From positions 1,284,932 through 1,348,931 of the forward strand of contig NW_003314290.1 of assembly GCF_000143415.4 (NCBI RefSeq): a DNA stretch of 64,000 bases. The letters run 5' to 3'. This DNA comes from Selaginella moellendorffii. Its lineage: Eukaryota > Plantae > Lycopodiophyta. The stretch's first letter is position 1. Every line of letters starts with the position of its first letter. The notes under the pieces were generated by a model, which worked only from the letters and a program-made list of their open reading frames with translations, made no database searches and was not told the origin of the DNA. The position numbers and the translations under genes were made by a program. Shown here piece by piece: positions 26,338 to 37,242 of the stretch.

Positions 26338-29300
26338 GTTTCCCTATTACTTCCTTCTATGTTTCTATCTTGTTTCTTTATTCCCTCTTCCGATCCTTCC
26401 GATGATCTTTATGTTGCAATTGTTGACCAACTCATAAAGTATGTCGATCTCTTTGAATTTGACTTGTTGTTTGGGACCAAGATTGAAACACGTCATTCTA
26501 TTCTAACTGGGGATGTTTGTCCAATCAAGGTTTCTATTCGTTATCTGTCACAAAAAAAAATTAAGATTTTACATACAAATGTCAAGAAAATGTTGGAAAA
26601 GGCTATTATTCGCAAGTTGCAAGATCCTTGGGCATGTGAACTTCATTTTGTGATGAAACCTGATGGGAGTATTCATTTTTACATCAACTATCATCTGTTA
26701 AATGAAGTGATGATCCTAGATGTGTACCTTCTTCCTTATATTGTTGATCTCTTGGATTGTTTGGGGAGAAGTCATTAGTTCACTAAGTTAGATCTTGCTT
26801 CTAGGTATTAACAAGTGCTGATGGCCAAGGAAAATATTCATAAGATTGCTTTTTGTACACTGTTTAATTTGTATAAGCTTTTGGTGATGCCATTTAGTTT
26901 GAACAATGTTTCAGCACCTTTCCAACGAAGTTTTTTTGCAATATGCTGGAAATAATTGCTAACTTCATCAATGATGTTTTGATCCACTTAGAAAAGATGT
27001 GGGAGTAACACATCCATGATGTTTGTAAGGTGTTAGATTGGTTACGAAAAGTTGGTTTAAAGTTGAAGCAATTAAAATGTGTGATTGGGTCTAAATATAT
27101 AAGTTATCTTAGGTATCATAGTTTTTGTAAGCGCTTGCAAGTTGATCTTGACAAACTTATGGTTGTTCTAAAGTTCTTTACTCCGAAGTGTGTAAATGAT
27201 GTGCAGTGCTTCTTGGGTAAGATGCAGTATCTTGGTCATCTTTTTTATCACACTACACCTTTACGAGCGTTGTTGAAATCATCAACATTATTTTTCATCT
27301 AGTCTATAGATTATGAGCAGGTGTTAACAGATCTTAAAGAGGTATTGATGACTCTTTTAGTTTTGGCATATCCTGACTACACTTGATCTTTCATTTTGCA
27401 CATGGATACTTCTGATATTGGTTTTGGAGATGTGTTAATGCAAAAAAGCTTGAGTGTGCCTAATAAGTGCCATCCCATTGCATATATTAACTGTACATTA
27501 TAACTAGCAGAGATGAACTACTCTATGACAGAGAAGGATTGTTTAATAGTAGTTTGGGGTTTCAAGAAACTAATACTGATGCCCTTTCTTGAGTTCCTTT
27601 TCCTTCTTTGTTCTCTTCTCATATTTTTAATGAGTCTATTGTTCTAACATCTATAGATTTTTTAGACAAAGATTTCGTGCTATCGGCAATTGTTGTACTT
27701 AATGTTCAATGTGCATAAGGTGCAAAGCAAAATTTACTTTCTCTTGACAAAGTTCATGAAGCTTAAAAAATTGAGTTGTGGATTCGAAGGCTTCGTGATG
27801 GGTTTGAGAATTCTACATCACTTGCTAATAACTTGCTAATTTGGCATTTATATTTTCAATATTGTCTTGAGGATAGTTTTCTTTATTTTATAGAAACAAA
27901 TCCTAATGATTATTTATAGTTGGTGGTGCCTTCAATCTTTATTCCACAATTTCTCCATGCCTACTATGACTCTTATATTTTAGGCAAATATATGGGACAT
28001 AGTCATGTGACCAAAAAGCTATACAGGTCTTTCTATTGGGCAAAGATGTGATGTGATATCATCTGGTATATACGTAGTTGCATTTAGTGCCAAGCTCGTA
28101 ATACTCCTTTTTGTATTGCGAAAGGATAGTTGAAGTCAATTTCAATTTCCTATCTATTTGAGTTAGTTGCATTTAATCTAATAGGGCTTTTTTCCACAAT
28201 TAACTGCTGGTAATGAATATGTCATTATTACTTCTAACTACTTGACTCGTTAGGTAAAAGTTGGTGCTCTTGCTAGCACATTTGCAATTGCTGTTGGATA
28301 CTTCCTCCTTAATCGAGTGGTGTTCTAACATTCTTATCGGAAATAGATTCTTTCAGATAATATTGTATTTAGGGTTGAGGCATTTCACGTTTTGACATCT
28401 CGGTTGGGGATATGCCACACTTTCACCAATGCTTATCATTCACAGTTAGACGGTTTAGTGAAACAACTTATTCAAACATTCAAAAGGATAATTGTGAAGT
28501 ACATGAACTTTCAGCAATTGGATTGAGATGGTTATTTGCCATCTTTTCGGTATGCATATATCATAGAAGTGTAGAGTTCTATTAATGTTTCATCATATAA
28601 ACTCTTATATGGTCATAATCCAATACTACCAATAGATTTTGGTTTACCTTTGCAATTGCCATGAATTACCAATGTTATATCGTAGAATCAGTATTTGACG
28701 AATATTTTTCCATTTGTTTGAGTAGAGTCTACCAAACACCTGAGCTGCATATAAATGGGATAACAACAACACTACAACTCCCATCATCATCCACCTATAG
28801 AGTACAAAATGGATGATTTGGTATTAGTTTATTTTTTCAATCTTATGGTATATGGTTTATCTAAAGGGCTCCTTGCAATGGAAAGGACTGTATCGATTGT
28901 AACGGTAAATTGGACTGCAAGTTTATGAGGTTTGGCATAATGTTTTATAGAAAGGGATAAAGAGCAACTAGCACCACCTACAAATCTACTAATGTCTCCT
29001 CATGATGTTCCTCTAGATCCCGGCTCATTCACAAGAGAACCTTGACAATCTTTCATCATTCTGAGAGGAGGGGATGATGTGAGGTTTAAATATATGGCTA
29101 CAATGCCATATATTAAAATTAGCATAGTGAGATTTTGGTAACTGTCATATTGATTTCAATCTAGACCACTTATTCATGTATATAAGCCAATGTTTTTGGG
29201 CTAATTGATATGTACATTTCTATATTCTATATTCCATGTTTATATTCCATGCACTCACACCTTTTAATTTAATAATCTTTACAAGAATAGGAAGATGGTA

Positions 29301-30229
29301 ATTTTTATTAAAATCCCATAATGAATTTAGTAGTTAAATAAAAAGTAGTAATATAGTTATTCTGTAATATAATGTTTTAAATATAAATTTATGCTTCTAT
29401 GCAAATAAGGAAAAGTTGATTAATCTTCAACTTCATTATGTACTATAAAAGAACTGAAATTAAATTGATTTAAATAATATTTAAAGCTTAGATTATTAAG
29501 TTTGAAATTAAAGTTTCTACTAAGGTTGATATTATAAGGGCTTTTTAAAAATAATATAATGAATTTTCCATTATTCAAAATAAAACTTACTATTATTTTT
29601 ATTTTGTTTTATAATTTTTATTCCCATATGTTTAGCAATAGTTTCAATTTTCTAAAATTATATTTTCAAAATAAAATCATAATGTAAAATTAGACAAAGT
29701 AATATAGTATTATTGCAGAATAATATATCTATAACATTTTTATATAAACATTATAATACACTTAAGGTAATAACAAGTTTAACACTTTGCACATCACATA
29801 TTTTTTCACTTTGTAAAAATTGAGATTTTACATAAACTTTTTAATTTCTTTTCTAAAATGTATTTGTATATTACTTTTAGTATAATAATGTACTTTTACC
29901 TTAAAAAATTTAAGAATGCATAATATATGCAAATTTATATGTCATAAATATGAAAACATAATTTATATAAAAATCACTTGTGCAGGAAAATATCAATATA
30001 TGATTTTTAAAAAAAATTACTAAAAATACAAAAAAGTTTATATAATGGTTAATTAAACATCTTTGAGCTCTGTATGTTAGTTTTACTGTTTCAAGATAAA
30101 ATTATTTTATGTACCTATATGAAAAATACACATTTGAATAGTAAATTATTAAGTGACACTATAACATCATGCTCTCCACCAAATTCTTGCTGGAGACGAG
30201 GTTCCTAGTAGGGTTGCAGTCTCTCATCA

Positions 30230-30910
30230 AGGTGAGCGGTAATCGAAGCGAGCCACCCAGATAGGAAGAACTCAGTAGAGCTCCAAACCCGGCAAGCCGA
30301 ATGAAACGCAGGCTAGTTCAAGTGCCAATTAGAAAACTGCCACTGCTTTCCTTGCGTTGAATCCCTGAAGCGCATTGTAGAACACTACCTCTCTGCGGGA
30401 GGGTTGGATGATCTTGAGCACCGACGAATGTCGATCATCCTGCACAACAGCGCTGTTCCTACCACTGTGCATAAGTTCCTCTCCCACCAGCACCTTCCAA
30501 GGCCGTTTCATCGTCCGTGACGGAGCGGAGTGTTGCCCATTGATCTCGCAAATTTAATCCGCCTTGAGCACCTGCATCGGATGAAAGACAACACCCGGAT
30601 TTGCTGATTTGTACAGCCTCTCTCGGTAGTAGAGCTGCATCATCGGTTCCTTGGAGCCGCGACAGGGCGGGGAATTTGCAGAAAGAGCATGCCAAACGCT
30701 GTAAAGTTTGGCATGAGCTCGATTGTGATATCAAGCCTGATTACCTGCCATCCGCTTCTTGGATTGTGCAACCTGGCAATTTATTTGCGCTCTTGTGCAA
30801 TATTTCCTTGGTTAGAACAGCACTACACAAACCTCTGATTTTTCTTGGTGTATGTGGGTTTAGGCTGAATATTGATTCCAGGCGCTCGCGTTTCCAACGT
30901 CTGCATTGAG
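30230..30910 (-). pseudogene. Possible decayed coding remnant (kinase-like N-lobe fragment)
   Basis: GC-balanced island within AT-rich DNA. LMHSGRNSAVVQ...SVLKII...RREVVFYNALQG resembles kinase subdomains I-III, but frames are broken by stops. Confidence 0.3.
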
Positions 30911-31407
30911 CCGGATGCGGCAAGGAGATGGGCACGAATCTCCTGGGTGCAAATTTTCAAGTAGCCTTTATTTAGGGTGGCCCCATTTGCTTATTTGGAC
31001 TTGCACGCTAGTATACTATTTTTCAAGTATTGAAAATTACAAAATAAAAATATAATTTTTATTCTATTGAAGCATGGAATAAGACAAACCGTAATTAAAA
31101 AATAAAAATAATTAATTTACTTTACTATTAGAAAAAGAAAGAATACTATCTTAATAATGATTTACATATTCACTAAAGTGAATGAATAAAATAAGAAAGA
31201 AAATATAAAAAGAAACACAATGATGAGGGAAAACCTAAGTTATATACTTATAAATTATAACTATTCATTCACTAGCTAATTATTAAATTATAGTCGTTAA
31301 CATACTCATTAACAACATCTACTAATTAAAAATTAATCGTTAAACATTTAAGGTCATGACTGTGGCAAAAAGGTAGCCAATATGCATTTCTTCCCAAATT
31401 TCGATTG

Positions 31408-33905
31408 GGAGTTTCTACTCGAGGTTTGGTCGTTACCAGGGAAGCTCTCGGGGTATACCATGCCATAGGCCCAGGGACTTGAAAACTGGATGGTCCATTC
31501 ACGAGCTGTTTGGTGTGGATTCGACAAGGCATTGGAGATTTTTCTGGGAAAAATGATGGTCGAAGAAGGAGCTCTCTGTGATGCCGAGGCCATTTTCGTG
31601 AGTGTGGCCCCTCAACAATTGTTTGGGACGCGACTTCTACTGTTGCTGCCAAGCCAGAAGCTTTAAATGCCATGATACCGGGAAAGTCTGGCTATGCTTC
31701 CTCGCTGTGGACCGCCTCCCGTTAAACACCATCTTGATTCACTCTTACCTGGCGATGACGTGGCATCAGGCCTTCCTTTTTTGTTTTATCTCCACCCTCT
31801 CCCGTCCGTCGCCGCTGCGCACTCCCGCCCGCCTGCTCGCCCTCACGGCTCCCGCCCGCACTCCCACCTGCCCCCGCGCCCAGCATGCGCCCTAAAATTA
31901 CTTCCACGTGGCCACAGCCCCAACACTTAGCCAAATTTCAATCAGGACGCCTTTCTACGTTATGTGGCCAATGAGTGTCATGGAGTGGTAAACTTATGAA
32001 ATCTTCTCATTAATTTAAATATATGCAATGTAAGTATATAAATAGTTTGTTTTTTTATTTATTCTTTACTAAGATTGAGTTTTTCATTTAAAGAGCTTTC
32101 TTTTCTTGTCTTCCTCTGCTTAGTAAAAAGAGTTGCTTCTGGACTACTAAAAACTTTCCTTTTACCTGTAATTCTTTCCATCAAAAGTTTTGTTTGTTTC
32201 AAGGATGTACCATAACTATTAACATGTTGTTGAAATTTTATTGTAGGATGAATAAGATCATTTGGCCTAGCTTTAAAAGTTGCAACCTTCTATTATATCA
32301 TTTCTAAATCGTTGTCAACCATAGATAAAAAAGCTTTTTCATCAGGAAGATCTTGTAAGATATCCATCATCTTTTGTTATAATGTCACTTTTGTAACTTT
32401 TGATGGAGTGATATTTTCTTGCTCAAAGTTCATATCAATATTTAAAATTTACTTAATATAAATTACCTCTATAGTAGTCCTTAGCTGAATTTCTTGTTGA
32501 TGCTATATATTTTGATGGATATCTTCCTGCTCAATATTCATATATATTAGTATATAAAATAGCCTTCTGTTAAACACTATCGTGATTATATACTAATATA
32601 TATGAATATTGAGCAAGAAGATATCCATCAAAATATACAGCATCAACAAAAAATTCAACTAAAGATTATTATAAAGGTAATTTATACTAAGTAATTTTAA
32701 ATATTGATATGCAAAAAGATATCACTCCATCAAAAGTTACAAAAACAATATTACAGCAAAAGATGATAGATATCTTATAAGATCTTCTTGATGAAAAAAC
32801 TTTTTTATCTATGGTTGACAACGATTTACAAATGATACAATAGAAAGTTGTAACTTTTAAACCTAAACCAGACGATCTTATTCATTCTACAGTAGAATTT
32901 CAACAATGTGTTAATAGTTATGATACATCCTTAAAACAAACAAAACCTTTGGTGGAAAGAATTACAGGTAAAAGAAAAGCTTCTAGTAGTTTAGAAGCAA
33001 CTCTTTTTACTAAGTAGAGGAAGACAAGAAAAAAAAGCTCTTTAAACGAAAAACTCAATCTTAGTAAAGAATAAATAAAAAAACAAACTCTTTATATACT
33101 TACATTGCATATATTTAAATTAGTGAGAAGATTTCATAAGTTTACCACTCCTAATGGTCATCCATGACACTCATTGGCCACGTAAAGGCGTCCACGCGCG
33201 CGCTGATTGAAATTTGGCTAAGTGTTGGGGCTGTGGCCACGTGGAAGTAATTTTAGGGCGCACGCTGGGTGCGGGAGTGCGGGCGGGAGCCGTGAGGGCG
33301 AGCGGGCGGGCGGGAGTGCGCAGCGGCGACGGACGGGATGGAGATAAAACAAAAAGAAGGCCTGATGCCACGTCATCGCCAGGTAAGCGGAGAGAGAGTG
33401 AATCAGGATGGTGTTTAACAGAAGGCCTGTGGACCTGATCTCGTCTCTCGGGAATTTCATCCTCTAGACAGTCACAGGTTTGTTTCTCTCGATTCTGTGT
33501 ATCTCATACTCGCTCGCGTATTCACCAAGGAGCTCACCAACGTGGAGCTCAAGCAAAAGATTGTAGGGGGTATCACAGCTCACTGTTTCAGAGAACTTTT
33601 CTCAGGTTATCGTTTCAAAACCCGAAATTTACAGATGCTCGGCGGGCCAAGTCAGTTTTTCTGGGACCATTCTATCCTGCAGAAGCCTACCAGCTTGTCC
33701 TTCGACATACTGGGAAAAGTAAAGTATTCGCGGCAGAGGCATCCATTAAAGGAGACCTTTGAAAGGTTCCGTGCCTCCAAATCACACTCCTCAGTTGACT
33801 GTGGATTAGGAGACTTTGCCTTTGGCTGCGGCTTTGCTCACTCGCAAACGAATTTCTTCGACGAAAATCCAGCGAAGCAAGCCAAGGATGACGGCTGTAC
33901 TCCAT
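31408..33905 (+). pseudogene. Collapsed duplicate of the PPR and ILL genes, interrupted by a fold-back element
   Basis: 31408-31530 matches PPR pieces at 5307-5580 (CAGGGAAGCTCTCGGGG, AGGGACTTGAAAA, GTGGATTCGACAAGG). 31547-31713 and 33427-33905 match ILL exons 3-5 (GGAAAAATGATGGTCGAAGAAGGAGCTCT, TTCTTCGACGAAAATCCAGCGAAGC) with many deletions. Confidence 0.88.
31714..33426. mobile_element. Non-autonomous fold-back / Mutator-like DNA element (~840-bp TIRs, 9-bp TSD)
   Basis: Arms 31714-~32557 and ~32586-33426 are reverse complements. TSD CTGTGGACC at 31705-31713 and 33427-33435; the empty site is present once in ILL (CTCGCTGTGGACCCGATC, ~10183-10200). G...C termini. Confidence 0.92.
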
Positions 33906-34695
33906 CTTGAACTCTTTCACTACGGCATACTGGTGTCAAGAATTGCTAATCTATGAGTGTTCATTCTATTTCGGCCGGCAGATTAAGCAGGCGGCTGGTC
34001 CCGATCAGATCTACAAGCCTTCGACATGGACTCTAGCGGGTGGGATTTTCAATCCTGTAGCTGTTTGGGTGGGTGAGCTAAAACTTTTTCGATACTTTTT
34101 TCCTGATTTTCTTGTTGATAATCCCAGGATCTTGAACCTTTCACCTCCAAAACAGTGACCGTTTGCGAGATCGTCAAAGCTTGCTGCAGCACCACTTTAA
34201 ACTTGGAAAAAGTATCCTCTCACTCCATTCATCATGGGCCAAGAAAGAAGTATAAGAGACTTAATCAGTGTCCAGGCACGACTAGAGTGATCCAAGTTTT
34301 ATCTTTTCGCGTTTTGCGAGCACAACTAATGGGTTGACTTGCCGTGCTTTGGCAGAACCTCATAATTCAAGAGAATCTGGCGGCCATGTCATGATGCCTC
34401 GCGAGGAGGCGAGTATGACGTGTCATGGGCTCGCGCGGCTGGCCATGCATGGGTTGGACGGACGCGATGCGATCCCCGGGATCGTGCAAGGCGCCATAAT
34501 GTTGGAGGGAGGGGAGATTTAGTAGCCGAGGTTAGTGGTTTATCTAATTAACCTCTCCCACCATATCTCTCACAAAACAGTTCGCTCTGTTTTTAAATTT
34601 CAAACATAGGCTACCAAAAAAGCGAAGAGGTCTCGCTCTCCCTCGCACAGGGCTGTGCTTGGCTTGGCTTGGCTCTTCTCCCATTCTACTCCAGA

Positions 34696-35168
34696 ATGGT
34701 CGGCTCAACCAGATCTTTGCTCCTTTCTTTGCTGTGTAAGTGCCCTCGATGATTCGCTTCTTTGGCTTCTTTGGTTCTTGTGAAATTCTTGTAGCTCTTC
34801 TTGGAAGAAACAGCAGCTCTAAACGCTTTCGTCACAGGCCTGGTGCTCGTTTTTGCTCCAAAATCCTCGTTGTGCGCAAGGATGATGATGGAAGACGAGT
34901 CTAGCATGATCACAGGCTCCGCGAGTGAGTTCTTGGCTTTTGGGGGATTTGATTTGATTTCTTTCTTTTGGATGAATTTAACATCTCTTTTTGTTCAGGG
35001 GATTTGACTCGCCAGCAGCAGCAGCAGCAAGAATGGATGATGATGGAAGGGGCCGCCGACGATTGGGACGAGACGGAGCTGGAGATTGACGGTGCTGGAG
35101 AAGATTTCCCTCAAGAACGTCCATATTCCTTCTTCCACGCCGACCGAGACAGTCCCAACAGATTCTGA
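34696..35168 (+). CDS. Small secreted protein / peptide precursor copy 2 (98 aa), exons 34696-34735, 34838-34924, 34999-35168
   Basis: Spliced product MVGSTRSLLLSLLCLVLVFAPKSSLCARMMMEDESSMITGSARDLTRQQQQQQEWMMMEGAADDWDETELEIDGAGEDFPQERPYSFFHADRDSPNRF; intact frame with the same intron phases as copy 1. Confidence 0.8.
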
Positions 35169-37242
35169 AAGGCCAAAGGAGCGAAAAGTTTTTTAGTAAG
35201 TTCGCAGGTCCCTCTTCGATCTCTGCCGCGCCAGAGCTTTTCGGTGATGATCCGTTAGACTGGAGATGCTCCTTTTTTTAAAAGTTTTTTTCTGACTGAC
35301 CCCAAGTCTGGTAGCTTGCACCCTGTGCTCCTGGTTCCCCCCTGTAAAGATCGAAAACACTACCGAGAAACTGCAAGAAAAAAGATCCCTGTTCTCGGGA
35401 AGAGTATCATACTTTGCATGAGCTTCAGTACTGGATCTTTGTATGGGGTTGAATTATGGGGAGGCGAGCTTCCTGTGGATTTGGGGATCTGGATGTAAGT
35501 TAGAGAGAGAAAGGACACAACCTGAACAGAATATAAAGCTAAACCTCCGAAACACAGTTGTAAAGTAAATTTTGAAACAACTCTCAACCAAAGTTTTATA
35601 ATAATTAGGCTAATTTAATTTAAAAAACCTGGACAGTAAATATTTATAAACTTTAAAAGTTGGAAAAAAAATTTTCATACTAAAGTCTTCAGACATAATT
35701 TTAAATTTACTATATTTACATTTTTCACATATATATAAATGTTTATTTGTAGTGGAAATAAATGTGATTATCAAGATTTTAATTTCTCATAAAAGATAAG
35801 AAATGTATGTATCCACATTTATATTATATTACAATATAAAGGTAATTCACCTCACAATTATAAATTTATTTATTCTTTATGATAACATGAGTACTTTATG
35901 TAGTTTAAAATATTACTTCAAAAGATGAACTTTCTATAATGTTTTATACATGATAATAAAATATTTATGATTAATTAAAGATATAATATTAAAAAATATT
36001 ATAAATATTTAAAAAGTTTTTAAATCTGCAAACAATACATTACTTTATCACACAAAATCATTAAAAAAATTTAATTCAAAACTATTTAATTTAATATATT
36101 AAACATACAATTTCATATATCTATATAATAAAAAACTCACATTCTCACATTATTGCATTAGTGAAAATACTATAACATTAAGCATTTTATAGGTTGCTTT
36201 AAGGGAATTAATTTATATTTTTCTTCTAAAATAAAAGATAATAAAATATAAATATAAATGTTAATTTGAAACACTATAACTTAATTATATAATTTCTGTT
36301 ATTTCTGTTTTAAAATGTGCATCTATTGTCCATTAAATAAGATTTGAATATGATATTAGTTGTGATTAACAATTTAGCTTAGAGTAATTTTATTTTACAT
36401 GCAGCTTTAAAACTTTGAAAATAAATAAAAGTGACAAACATATTTTTAAGGTTTGTTCCTATTAAATTTTAATTTTACAAGAAACTAACTTGTATAAAAG
36501 GTAATTTGCTATGCATTGCATGTAGCAATACTTGGTTTGCTTAACAGTAATGTTATTCTTACTTATTAATCCAATTGATCAAATAAAATTTTATAATTAT
36601 GAATATGTTTATAATTTATAAAAAAAAGATTAATCTTATTTCATATCAACCATTAGATGGTAGAATAACAAAGAATATACTAGAAAGTGTTTAAGAAATT
36701 TTATAAATTATAAACATGTTTATAAATTATAAATACATGATTAATTTAAATGAATAATAACCATTAGATGGTAGAATATCCCAGAATATCCAAGCATATT
36801 TTAAGTATATCCACTACCATCCCCTACAAGTTTGGTTAAGCAAACCAAAAATTCTACAGCAAACTTCCTTTTACTTTTATGAATTTGTTTTTCCATTTTA
36901 TGTAAGCATGAAAGTTTAAATATGAATTAAAAAAGATTATGTGAATCCTGATGGATAAGTAGAAATTGATAGATGGAAAAGATCATAAAACAATTGAGTA
37001 ATTTCTATTTAGTAATAACCACTAATATAGTAAAGGTTGAAAAAAAATTATAATATATGTGTATATCATTCAAGCACCCCATTTGTAAAACACATTTAAT
37101 TTACCATGCATAGAACATCATAGAAAAAATATCATTAAAACTTCTAAGCATTATGTTTTTCTAAAAGTTAGTATTTTGCTATTCAATAAAATGCATTTAT
37201 TTAATTAATCTTAATAATTAAATATTATTGTGTTGCGGGATT

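Larger units (their letters stand above)
17105..29259 (+). mobile_element. Degenerate family A Ty3/gypsy element interrupted by a nested chromovirus
   Basis: 5'-truncated LTR ends CTCACA at 17256, then PBS TGGTGGAGATG. Decayed gag/protease at 17390-19218, RT/RH/INT remnants at 26343-29050, PPT, and 3' LTR 29078-29259. Collinear with 52558-57590. Confidence 0.9.
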
